Under the pieces are notes generated by a model. The model saw only the letters and a program-made list of their open reading frames with translations. It did not search any database and had not been told where the DNA came from. A stretch of 32,000 nt of DNA from Sinorhizobium meliloti (GTDB taxonomy: Bacteria > Pseudomonadota > Alphaproteobacteria > Rhizobiales > Rhizobiaceae): assembly GCF_017876815.1 (NCBI RefSeq), contig NZ_JAGIOS010000001.1, positions 2,310,001 to 2,342,000 on the forward strand, in the 5' to 3' direction. Positions within the stretch are counted from its first letter, which is position 1. Each line of letters opens with the position of its first letter. Of this stretch, positions 1 to 7,407 are shown one piece after another. The position numbers and the translations under genes were made by a program.

Positions 1-172
1 GGCGCTCGCGGGACATGCCCTGTCCGGCGTCAGCCATTACGACGTCGGCGGTCGCGACAAGATCGTCGCCCGCGTTGCTGCGGCCGATGGGTTCGCGCTC
101 AGAAAAATCCTCATCCCGCTCATTTCGCACTTGCGTAAAGACGCGTCAGTGCCGAAAGTCTGGACTCTCTGA
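1..172 (+). CDS. ureD: urease accessory protein UreD, 3' end (5' part off-window)
   Basis: Frame 2 reads [56 protein letters not shown] with TGA at 170-172. The tail is UreD/UreH-like and lies directly upstream of ureA. Not in the ORF track because the start is off-window. Confidence 0.75.
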
Positions 173-200
173 TCCCTGCAATCGATCTGGACGGCGACGC

Positions 201-503
201 ATGAATCTCACTCCGCGCGAAAAAGACAAGCTGTTGATTTCCATGGCGGCGATGGTCGCGCGCCGGCGGCTCGAGCGGGGCGTGAAACTCAATCATCCCG
301 AGGCGATCGCCCTCATCACCGACTTCGTCGTGGAAGGCGCGCGAGACGGCCGTTCCGTCGCCGAGCTGATGGAGGCAGGCGCCCATGTTCTCACCCGCGA
401 TCAGGTGATGGAGGGCATTGCGGAGATGATCCACGACATCCAGGTCGAGGCGACTTTTCCCGACGGGACGAAGCTCGTCACCGTCCACGAGCCTATCCGT
501 TAA
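201..503 (+). CDS. ureA: urease subunit gamma
   Basis: The 100-aa product [60 protein letters not shown]... is a textbook UreA. ATG at 201; the track ORF 15..503 is only an in-frame upstream extension. Confidence 0.97.
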   Translation: MNLTPREKDKLLISMAAMVARRRLERGVKLNHPEAIALITDFVVEGARDGRSVAELMEAGAHVLTRDQVMEGIAEMIHDIQVEATFPDGTKLVTVHEPIR

Positions 504-515
504 CGAGGAGGCACC

Positions 516-770
516 ATGCTCAGCCTGCGTCCGAACTGCGAATGCTGCGATCGAGACCTGCCACCCGATAGCGGCGATGCGATGATCTGCACCTTCGAGT
601 GTACCTTTTGCGCCGGCTGTGCGGAAACGAAGCTTGGCGGGACTTGCCCGAATTGCGGCGGCGAACTGGTTCGGCGCCCGGTGCGGCCCGCGTCAATGCT
701 GAAGAAATATCCGGCATCGACGGCGCGCGTCCTGAAGCCTCAGGGCTGTGCGCCCGAACGAGCCGCCTGA
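516..770 (+). CDS. Cys-rich small protein, DUF1272-like (putative zinc-ribbon/metal-binding)
   Basis: ATG 516 is preceded by SD GAGGAGG (505-511), 13 nt after the ureA stop. Product is 84 aa with nine Cys in the first 47 residues (CxCC ... Cx3Cx2Cx2C ... Cx2C). Sits between ureA and ureB on the same strand. Confidence 0.8.
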   Translation: MLSLRPNCECCDRDLPPDSGDAMICTFECTFCAGCAETKLGGTCPNCGGELVRRPVRPASMLKKYPASTARVLKPQGCAPERAA

Positions 771-781
771 GGGGAACGAAC

Positions 782-1087
782 ATGATTCCAGGTGAGATTA
801 TCGCCGCCGCCGGTGAGATCGAGTTGAATGCGGGCCTCGAAACCGTCAGCATCGAGGTCGCCAACTCGGGCGACCGACCGGTGCAGGTCGGTAGCCATTA
901 TCATTTCGCCGAGACCAATCCGGGCCTGATCTTCGACCGTGACGCCGCGCGCGGCAAGCGGCTCGACATTCCTGCGGGTACGGCCGTCCGCTTCGAGCCG
1001 GGACAGACACGGCAGGTGACGCTCATCCCGCTTTCGGGAAAACGCGAGGTTTTCGGCTTCCGCCAGCAGGTCATGGGGAAGCTATGA
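782..1087 (+). CDS. ureB: urease subunit beta
   Basis: The 101-aa product [53 protein letters not shown]... is a canonical UreB. ATG 782 follows GAGGGGAA. The track ORF 599..1087 is an in-frame extension. Confidence 0.97.
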   Translation: MIPGEIIAAAGEIELNAGLETVSIEVANSGDRPVQVGSHYHFAETNPGLIFDRDAARGKRLDIPAGTAVRFEPGQTRQVTLIPLSGKREVFGFRQQVMGKL

Positions 1088-1503
1088 GAGCGGCCGCTCC
1101 TGCGCTGAGCCTGTTGTTGTGCTGCACGGCTCCCGCCAATGCGCAACAGCCTGAGCCGGATTGCCGGAAGGCCGTGAGCCAGATGGATCTCAACATTTGC
1201 GCCGATCAGGACTACCGGGCGGCGGATGCGGAGCTGAACAAGACCTACCGCCTTGTGGTCGCGGCCATGCAGGCGACCGACAAGGAGCTTGGCGACATCG
1301 ACGCGGCTTACGCCGGAGCGCTCGAGGCACTAAAAAAAGCGCAGCGAGCCTGGATCGGCTATCGCGACGGCCAATGCGAACTCGCCGGGTTCGAGGCGAG
1401 GGGCGGCTCGATGGAACCCATGCTGGTCTCCGGTTGCCTCGCAGAGCTGACACGCAAGCGCACCGCCGAGCTCAAGGAACTCATGGAATCTGCGGAGAAT
1501 TGA
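1084..1503 (+). CDS. exported DUF1311/LprI-like domain protein
   Basis: ATG 1084 overlaps the ureB stop (ATGA). It has an N-terminal Sec-type signal ([16 protein letters not shown]). This is followed by the pattern [22 protein letters not shown] ... [13 protein letters not shown], characteristic of the DUF1311 (lysozyme-inhibitor LprI N-terminal-like) family. Confidence 0.8.
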   Translation: MRAAAPALSLLLCCTAPANAQQPEPDCRKAVSQMDLNICADQDYRAADAELNKTYRLVVAAMQATDKELGDIDAAYAGALEALKKAQRAWIGYRDGQCELAGFEARGGSMEPMLVSGCLAELTRKRTAELKELMESAEN

Positions 1504-1506
1504 TCA

Positions 1507-2157
1507 TTGCAAAGCGGCCGCGTCATCATGATCGTTGGCAATGGTGACGTGCCCGAGGGCGCTGCCGCGACGATCGATGCAGCCGATCTGGTGATCCGTT
1601 TCAACGATTGCCGCTCGGTCGGGAAGGGCGGCAGCAGGACCGATATCATCGCCGTCTGCAACACCGGCCGCCCGGCACTGTCGATGCTCGGCGGCGGGCG
1701 CTGGAAGACGAGTGCGGCGGTCCGGCAGGCACGCGAGCTATGGAGCGTCCGCTCCGGAGCCAGGTTCGCCGCGATGCGGGCAGCACTTGCCGGGACCCAT
1801 CCGGATCTCGACGATTTCTGCGACGACTATACGGCCGGCTTCGAGAGCTTCGCGCGGGCGACGGCACGCAAGCACCGGGTCATCGCGGCCGAGACGCATG
1901 ACCGGCTGGAGCGCGATCTCGCCCGCTTCGCGCCGTCGCCTTATGTCGCGCCGTCGAGCGGTCTGGTGGTGATTGCCGACATCGTGTCGAGCTTTGCCGC
2001 AGCCGGCGACGATGTCGTGCTTGCCGGCTTCGGCCATATCGGCTGGCAGTGGCACCCGTTCGCCGCCGAGCGCCGCTATGTCGATGCGCTCGCAGCGCAA
2101 GGGCGGCTTCGCCGACTTCATCCATTTGCCTCTTCAGATTTGCCCCAGGGAGCCTGA
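1507..2157 (+). CDS. conserved hypothetical protein with sialyltransferase (GT29)-like L/S/VS motif look-alikes
   Basis: TTG 1507 lies 8 nt after GGAGA (1494-1498); an alternative ATG is at 1528. The ORF fills the ureB/DUF1311-ureC gap and ends 3 nt before ureC. Motifs present: IVGNG..x9..IDAADLVIRFN..x5..VGKGGSRTD; PSSGLVVIADIV...DVVLAGFG; HPFAAER. Confidence 0.75.
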   Translation: MQSGRVIMIVGNGDVPEGAAATIDAADLVIRFNDCRSVGKGGSRTDIIAVCNTGRPALSMLGGGRWKTSAAVRQARELWSVRSGARFAAMRAALAGTHPDLDDFCDDYTAGFESFARATARKHRVIAAETHDRLERDLARFAPSPYVAPSSGLVVIADIVSSFAAAGDDVVLAGFGHIGWQWHPFAAERRYVDALAAQGRLRRLHPFASSDLPQGA

Positions 2158-2160
2158 TCC

Positions 2161-3873
2161 ATGTCCTACAGAATGTCGCGCGCGGCCTATGCCAACATGT
2201 TCGGTCCGACCGTGGGCGACAAGGTGCGCCTCGCCGACACCGAGCTCTTCATCGAGGTCGAGAAGGATTTCACCACGCATGGCGAGGAGGTGAAGTTCGG
2301 GGGCGGCAAGGTCATCCGTGACGGCATGGGCCAAAGCCAGGTGACGCGCGAAGGCGGCGCGGTCGACACGGTGATCACCAATGCGCTTATCCTCGATCAT
2401 TGGGGGATCGTGAAGGCGGATATCGGGCTGAAGGACGGGCGGATCGCGGCAATAGGCAAGGCCGGCAATCCGGACATGCAGCCGGGCGTCACCATTATCG
2501 TCGGCCCGGGCACGGAGGTCATCGCCGGCGAGGGCAAGATCGTCACGGCCGGGGGCATGGACAGCCATATACATTTCATCTGCCCGCAGCAGATCGAAGA
2601 GGCGTTGATGAGCGGCCTGACCTGCATGCTCGGCGGCGGGACGGGACCGGCGCACGGTACGCTCGCCACGACCTGCACGCCCGGACCGTGGCACATCGCC
2701 CGCATGATCGAAGCGGCCGATGCGTTTCCGATGAATCTCGCCTTTGCGGGCAAGGGAAATGCGTCGCTGCCCGGCGCGCTCGTGGAAATGGTACTCGGCG
2801 GCGCGACCTCGCTGAAGCTGCACGAGGATTGGGGCACGACGCCGGCCGCCATCGACTGCTGCCTCTCCGTTGCCGACGAATACGACGTGCAGGTTATGAT
2901 CCATACCGACACACTCAACGAAAGCGGCTTCGTCGAGGATACGATCGCGGCGATCAAGGGCAGGACGATCCACGCCTACCACACGGAAGGCGCCGGCGGC
3001 GGGCATGCGCCTGATATCATCAGGATCTGCGGCCAGCCGAACGTCATCCCGTCCTCGACCAATCCGACGCGGCCCTATACGGTGAACACGCTTGCGGAAC
3101 ATCTCGACATGCTGATGGTATGCCATCACCTGTCGCCCACCATTCCGGAAGACATCGCCTTCGCCGAAAGCCGCATCCGCAAGGAGACGATCGCAGCGGA
3201 GGATATCCTCCACGATATCGGCGCCTTCTCGATCATTTCCTCCGACAGCCAGGCGATGGGGCGGGTCGGCGAGGTGGCGATCCGCACCTGGCAGACCGCC
3301 GACAAGATGAAGCGCCAGCGCGGACGGCTCAAGGAGGAGACCGGCGACAACGACAATTTCCGGGTCAAGCGCTACATCGCCAAATATACGATCAACCCGG
3401 CGATAGCCCATGGCCTCAGCCATGAGATCGGCTCGCTCGAGGTCGGCAAGCGCGCCGATCTGGTCCTCTGGAATCCCGCCTTCTTCGGCGTGAAGCCCGA
3501 CATGGTGCTTCTCGGCGGCACGATCGCCGCAGCACCCATGGGCGACCCGAACGCCTCCATCCCCACGCCGCAGCCGGTCCACTACCGGCCGATGTTCGGC
3601 GCCTATGGAAGGAGCCGGACCAACTCCTCGGTCACCTTCGTCTCGCAGGCGTCGCTCGATGCCGGGCTCGCCGGCAGGCTCGGCGTCGCCAAGGAGCTCG
3701 TCGCTGTCCAGAATACCCGCGGCGGCATCGGCAAGGCGTCGATGATCCACAACAGCCTGACGCCGCATATCGAGGTCGACCCGGAAACCTACGAGGTCCG
3801 CGCCGACGGCGAGCTCCTGACCTGCGAGCCGGCGACGGTGCTGCCGATGGCGCAGCGGTATTTCCTGTTCTAG
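2161..3873 (+). CDS. ureC: urease subunit alpha
   Basis: 570 aa with hallmark segments [70 protein letters not shown] and MVCHHL. Confidence 0.98.
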   Translation: MSYRMSRAAYANMFGPTVGDKVRLADTELFIEVEKDFTTHGEEVKFGGGKVIRDGMGQSQVTREGGAVDTVITNALILDHWGIVKADIGLKDGRIAAIGKAGNPDMQPGVTIIVGPGTEVIAGEGKIVTAGGMDSHIHFICPQQIEEALMSGLTCMLGGGTGPAHGTLATTCTPGPWHIARMIEAADAFPMNLAFAGKGNASLPGALVEMVLGGATSLKLHEDWGTTPAAIDCCLSVADEYDVQVMIHTDTLNESGFVEDTIAAIKGRTIHAYHTEGAGGGHAPDIIRICGQPNVIPSSTNPTRPYTVNTLAEHLDMLMVCHHLSPTIPEDIAFAESRIRKETIAAEDILHDIGAFSIISSDSQAMGRVGEVAIRTWQTADKMKRQRGRLKEETGDNDNFRVKRYIAKYTINPAIAHGLSHEIGSLEVGKRADLVLWNPAFFGVKPDMVLLGGTIAAAPMGDPNASIPTPQPVHYRPMFGAYGRSRTNSSVTFVSQASLDAGLAGRLGVAKELVAVQNTRGGIGKASMIHNSLTPHIEVDPETYEVRADGELLTCEPATVLPMAQRYFLF

Positions 3874-3885
3874 GTTCTATAGCCC

Positions 3886-4050
3886 TTAGATCGTGGCACG
3901 ATGCACGCCTGTGAGGTGCGCGACTTCCGCCACCGGCTCCTTGTCCTCATGGATGAGTTGGCGCGCGTGCGCGATCTGCTCGGCCAATAGGGTAGGGAAA
4001 GGGCCGAACCGCACGCCTCGCGCCTTCGCCGCGATCCGGCCGGCCCGCTC
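3886..4050 (-). pseudogene. serine recombinase (resolvase/invertase) C-terminal HTH remnant
   Basis: Minus-strand frame reads ERAGRIAAKARGVRFGPFPTLLAEQIAHARQLIHEDKEPVAEVAHLTGVHRATI* with TAA at 3886-3888. This is the linker plus helix-turn-helix end of resolvases. No catalytic domain is present: the frame is closed by two in-frame stops (4051-4056), 5 nt before repeat copy A (4062). Confidence 0.6.
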
Positions 4051-4061
4051 TCATCATCTAG

Positions 4062-4169
4062 CTACTGCATGTTTCCTTTAATCGTATCCGATTAAAGGAC
4101 AAAAACATGCAGCAAATCAAAGTGCTACAGCGACCTTTGCGCGTCTGATAAGACGCGCGGCGCTGTAGG
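4062..4169 (-). repeat. about 105-bp palindromic intergenic repeat (RIME/REP-like), copy A
   Basis: ctactgcatgtttcctttaatcgtatccgattaaaggacaaaaacatgcagcaaatcaaagtgctacagcgacctttgcgcgtctgataagacgcgcggcgctgtagg. This is nearly identical to the reverse complement of 19567..19669. It contains two internal hairpins (catgtttcc...ggacaaaaacatg and ctacagcg...cgctgtag). Confidence 0.85.
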
Positions 4170-4235
4170 GCCGTAGGGCCGGCCCAGGATGGGTTTATAG
4201 GCTGCAACATTGCCTCTTTGCCGGCAACGCAGCAA

Positions 4236-4553
4236 TCAGGCAATCGCCGCAAGCCCTCTTTTCTGAACAATGGTCAGCAATCGCAGCGCCGGCCCTCCCG
4301 GCTTCTTCACCCCGCGCTCCCAATCGGACACAAGCCCCTTGCTCACATTGAGGTAGCGGGCAAAGACAGGCTGCGAGATATGTTCACGCTCCCGAATAGC
4401 GCGAATTTCCTCCGGGGTCATTGACTCCACGGCCGTCAAGCAGGCGTCGTCGAATTCGCGCATCGTCTGCTTGTCGATCGCGCCGGCTTCAAACAGGCTC
4501 TCCATGGTTTCATGGATGGCCGCCATTGCCTCACTCTTATACTTCTTCGCCAT
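4236..4553 (-). CDS. HTH (XRE/COG2944 NadS/YiaG-like) antitoxin
   Basis: ATG at 4553 lies 8 nt after GGAGG. Product MAKKYKSEAMAAIHETMESLFEAG...MTPEEIRAIREREHISQPVFARYLNVSKGLVSDWERGVKKPGGPALRLL carries a C-terminal HTH. It overlaps the upstream toxin gene by 17 nt. The track start at 4583 is an extension. Confidence 0.85.
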   Translation of the reverse strand: MAKKYKSEAMAAIHETMESLFEAGAIDKQTMREFDDACLTAVESMTPEEIRAIREREHISQPVFARYLNVSKGLVSDWERGVKKPGGPALRLLTIVQKRGLAAIA

Positions 4554-4923
4554 CTTCAACCTCCGAAAAGCGCCCTTTCCCAATCAGCACGGCCATTTGC
4601 GCATCCGATAGCGCAAGGAGTTCCTTCGCCATCTTCTTGAACAGGGCTTCCTCGCCGTCTTCAATGTTGGCCTGTTCACTCTTTGCAAAGCCGAAAACGA
4701 AGAATGCCCGCTGTTCCAGCCTAAACAGGATGATCGTGCGATAACCGCCTGACTTCCCTTGCCCCGCCCTCGCGACACGCTGTTTGATCACGCCGCCGCC
4801 AAGATCGGCGTCAATCTGGCCTCGTTCGGCGCGGCGCACCGCGTCTACCAAGGCAGCGTCCGCGATCCTCTGCTTTCGAGTAAAACGCTCAAACCATGCG
4901 TTCTTAAAAATCCGCACCGCCAT
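4537..4923 (-). CDS. RelE/ParE-superfamily toxin (COG4737 / former DUF1044 type)
   Basis: 128 aa, MAVRIFKNAWFERFTRKQRI...IDADLGGGVIKQRVARAGQGKSGGYRTIILFRLEQRAFFVFGFAKSEQANI...KKMAKELLALSD. This conserved core is typical of the family, and the toxin-first order with an HTH partner is HigBA-like. Confidence 0.85.
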   Translation of the reverse strand: MAVRIFKNAWFERFTRKQRIADAALVDAVRRAERGQIDADLGGGVIKQRVARAGQGKSGGYRTIILFRLEQRAFFVFGFAKSEQANIEDGEEALFKKMAKELLALSDAQMAVLIGKGRFSEVEDGEEV

Positions 4924-4934
4924 CCTACCGGTCT

Positions 4935-4963
4935 ATATATAACACTAAGCGTTACACTTCAAG
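4935..4963 (-). promoter_or_regulatory. candidate sigma70-type promoter of the toxin-antitoxin operon with imperfect palindrome in the spacer
   Basis: The minus strand reads CTTGAA-N17-ATATAT, compared with the rhizobial consensus CTTGAC-N17-CTATAT. The -10 ends 11 nt before the toxin ATG. The spacer contains TAACGCTTAGTGTTA (12 of 15 positions palindromic). Confidence 0.5.
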
Positions 4964-5209
4964 GTGCGGCGCTGTCCGTGCAAATTGCCTCATTGCCAGC
5001 AATATCATCAAGGCCTACCGGATCGGGGACTGTCGCCGCAGCTCGTTTAATTGCCCCGCAGTCATGCGCCTTCCGCATGGCTGCCATGCGGGAGGTCTCC
5101 GTCGCTTTGATGCTGCACTGCAGCGGAAATTTCGTTAGGAAGGGCACTCGATTTCCGCCGGCGCGCCTGTCCTCCCAAGACTGCGCCGCCGGCAGCCAGT
5201 TTTTAGGAG

Positions 5210-5755
5210 ATGATGATGCTCGGCAGAAAAGTTCCCGCTGTAACCTTCCGCACCCGCGTCCGCGACGAGTCCGTCGGCGGTTCCAATCCGTTCCGCTGGC
5301 AGGACGTTACCTCGGACGACTATTTCGCCGGCAAGCGCGTCGTGCTGTTTTCGCTGCCGGGTGCTTTCACCCCGACCTGCTCGACCTACCAGCTGCCGGA
5401 CTTCGAAAAGCTCACCTCCGAATTCCGGACTCTCGGGATCGACGAGATCTACTGCGTCTCCGTCAACGACGCCTTCGTGATGAACGCCTGGGGCAAATCG
5501 CAGGGCCTCGAGAACGTCAAGCTCATTCCGGACGGTTCGGGCGAGTTCACCCGCAAGATGGGCATGCTCGTCGCCAAGGACAATCTCGGCTTCGGCATGC
5601 GCTCCTGGCGCTATGCCGCCGTCATCAACAACGGCGTTGTCGAGCAGTGGTTCGAAGAGGAAGGCTACTCCGACAACTGCGACAGCGATCCCTACGGCGT
5701 CTCCTCGCCGCAGAACATCCTCGCGGCGCTGAAGTCCAAGAAGCTCGCCGCCTGA
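5210..5755 (+). CDS. peroxiredoxin, Prx5-type (AhpC/TSA family)
   Basis: Contains FSLPGAFTPTCS (peroxidatic Cys motif), IYCVSVNDAFVMNAWGK and RSWRYAAVINNGVVE. There are three tandem ATGs at 5210/5213/5216 after AGGAG (5205-5209). The third has the best spacing, so the true start may be 5216. Confidence 0.92.
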   Translation: MMMLGRKVPAVTFRTRVRDESVGGSNPFRWQDVTSDDYFAGKRVVLFSLPGAFTPTCSTYQLPDFEKLTSEFRTLGIDEIYCVSVNDAFVMNAWGKSQGLENVKLIPDGSGEFTRKMGMLVAKDNLGFGMRSWRYAAVINNGVVEQWFEEEGYSDNCDSDPYGVSSPQNILAALKSKKLAA

Positions 5756-5776
5756 TCCCGATTTTACCGAATCGAT

Positions 5777-5854
5777 AAAGCCCCGGCTGCCGCAAGCAGG
5801 TTCCTGAAAATCCACGCGATTTTCGCCTTCTTGCTGGTGCCGGGGCTTTTTCTT
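5777..5854 (+). terminator. long imperfect hairpin plus T-run downstream of the peroxiredoxin gene
   Basis: aaagccccggc (5777-5787) pairs with gccggggcttt (5839-5849). An inner stem gcaagcagg/ccttcttgc has one mismatch. The hairpin runs into a T-tract, ttttt (5847-5851), that continues as ctt (to 5854). Confidence 0.5.
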
Positions 5855-5932
5855 GCTACAGTGAAGACTTCCAGGAGGAAGCGGATGCGGGGGCGCGAAC
5901 CATGCACGTTTCCTCGTTTCACCGGTAAGGGA

Positions 5933-6241
5933 ATGCAGAAATCCATGGTTTACATCATTGCATATCTGACGGCGCATGCGGGCAAGGGCGACGAGGTCGT
6001 GGCACTGACGACGCCGCTGATCGAAGCGACGCTGAAAGAGGCCGGTTGCGTCAGCTATGAGCTCTATCGCAAGCCCACGGATCCCGATGCGCTGGTGTTC
6101 GTCGAAACATGGAAGGACAGGGCGGCTATCGATGCGCATTTCGCCGAGCCGCATCTGAAGGCCTTCCAGACGGCGGCGGCGAATCTTTTGGCGAGCGCCC
6201 GCGTCGAGATCGTGCATCCGGAAAAGATCGAGGTGGTCTGA
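5933..6241 (+). CDS. antibiotic-biosynthesis-monooxygenase (ABM, YgiN-like) domain protein
   Basis: Product of about 100 aa: M(QKSM)VYIIAYLTAHAGKGDEVV...CVSYELYRKPTDPDALVFVETWKDRAAIDAHFAEPHLKAF. Start is ATG 5933 or 5945; the track start 5831 is an extension. The stop lies 1 nt before the ureE GTG. Confidence 0.85.
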   Translation: MQKSMVYIIAYLTAHAGKGDEVVALTTPLIEATLKEAGCVSYELYRKPTDPDALVFVETWKDRAAIDAHFAEPHLKAFQTAAANLLASARVEIVHPEKIEVV

Positions 6242-6242
6242 C

Positions 6243-6707
6243 GTGCCCTATCGCTCGACCGAAGTTCTTTCGCCCGGTCCCGGCGAAAGGGCGCCGCTTC
6301 ATCGCTTGACCCTGACGCATGAGCAGCGCCATCTGCGCCGCAAGCTCCTGCACCTCGAAAACGACGATGTGGTGATGCTGGATCTCAAGGAGCCCGTGAT
6401 GCTCGCCGATGGCGATCTTCTGGTGCTCGAGGGCGGCGGCCATATCGAGGTGAAGGCGGCAGCGGAAGCGCTTTACGACATCCGCGCGCGAAACCCGCTG
6501 CACCTGATGGAGCTTGCCTGGCATCTCGGCAACCGGCACCTCCCGGCGGCGGTGGAAGAGGGGCGGATTCTGATCGCCCGCGACCCGGTCATTCGCGCGA
6601 TGCTGGAGGGCCTGGGCGCCACCGTCGATGAAGTGAACGAACCCTTCCATCCCCTGCACGGCGCCTACCACCAGCACGGTCACGGCGATCACTACCGTCA
6701 TGGCTGA
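6243..6707 (+). CDS. ureE: urease accessory protein UreE (nickel metallochaperone)
   Basis: GTG start. The product has a UreE-like core (LTHEQRHLRRKLLHLENDDVVMLDL...LAWHLGNRHLP) and a His-rich tail HGAYHQHGHGDHYRHG. Confidence 0.93.
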   Translation: MPYRSTEVLSPGPGERAPLHRLTLTHEQRHLRRKLLHLENDDVVMLDLKEPVMLADGDLLVLEGGGHIEVKAAAEALYDIRARNPLHLMELAWHLGNRHLPAAVEEGRILIARDPVIRAMLEGLGATVDEVNEPFHPLHGAYHQHGHGDHYRHG

Positions 6708-7371
6708 GCATGCCGATACGCAGTCGCTCCTGCGTCTCGTTACCTGGCTCTCGCCCGCCTTTCCCGTCGGCTCCTTCTCCTATTCCGGCGGTCTGGAGCA
6801 GGCGATTCATGACCGGCTTGTCACCGGTGCCGACGATTTGCGGCTATGGTGCGAAACGCTCCTGGATCACGGCACGACGTGGAACGACGCGCTGCTTCTG
6901 GCGGAAGGTTACCGTGCATGTGACGATGCCGCGCGGTTGATCGCGGCATCGGAACTGGCCGAAGCACTGGCCGGATCGCGCGAGCGGCATATGGAAACCA
7001 TGCTCCTCGGCGAGGCGTTCCTGGCCGCCGCCGGCCACTGGCCGCACGCGTCGCTCGAATTCCCTGGCGCGAGGGCCGCCTATCCGGTGGCGGTCGGCGC
7101 GGTCGCCGGAGCGCACCGCACCGGCCTCGAAGCGGCGCTCGCCGCCTTTCTCAACGCCACCATATCGAACGCAGTGTCGGTGGCTATCCGCTGCGGCGTT
7201 ACCGGCCAGCGCGACGGGGTCGGCATGCTTGCGCGAATGGAGAAAACGATAGGGGCGGTGGCAACGCGCGCCACGCGCGCCTCGCTCGATGATCTTGCCG
7301 CCGCGACGATCATCGCCGACATTGCCTCGCTGAGACACGAGATATTGCATTCACGATTGTTCCGCACTTAA
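6700..7371 (+). CDS. ureF: urease accessory protein UreF
   Basis: MAEHADTQSLLRLVTWLSPAFPVGSFSYSGGLEQAI... has a typical UreF N-terminus. The start overlaps the ureE end by 8 nt. Confidence 0.95.
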   Translation: MAEHADTQSLLRLVTWLSPAFPVGSFSYSGGLEQAIHDRLVTGADDLRLWCETLLDHGTTWNDALLLAEGYRACDDAARLIAASELAEALAGSRERHMETMLLGEAFLAAAGHWPHASLEFPGARAAYPVAVGAVAGAHRTGLEAALAAFLNATISNAVSVAIRCGVTGQRDGVGMLARMEKTIGAVATRATRASLDDLAAATIIADIASLRHEILHSRLFRT

Positions 7372-7407
7372 CGGAACAACGGACGGACTTCGAAAGGATA
7401 GAAAAAG

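Noticed and set aside
15-200. N-terminal extensions proposed by the ORF track. Cases: ureA from 15, ureB from 599, antitoxin from 4583, ABM from 5831, MFP from 12913, carbamoylase from 21067, rutR from 21148, LysR from 25055, preA from 27785, SorC from 29048, cupin from 17264.
   Set aside because: In each case the family-typical N-terminus begins at an internal ATG/GTG preceded by a good SD, and the extension overlaps the preceding gene or intergenic repeats.
2134-3768. 544-aa ORF antisense to ureC. Similar long shadow ORFs: 8345..10537, 10634..13048, 13272..14537, 18188..19615, 19736..20746, 22374..23372, 27418..29058, 29069..30073, 30426..31625, 5135..6217, 4759..5778, 16708..17781.
   Set aside because: All lie antisense or out of frame to genes with unmistakable family signatures. 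Their products are Arg/Gly/Asp/His-rich low-complexity strings typical of open frames in high-GC DNA, and no SD or recognisable domain is present.
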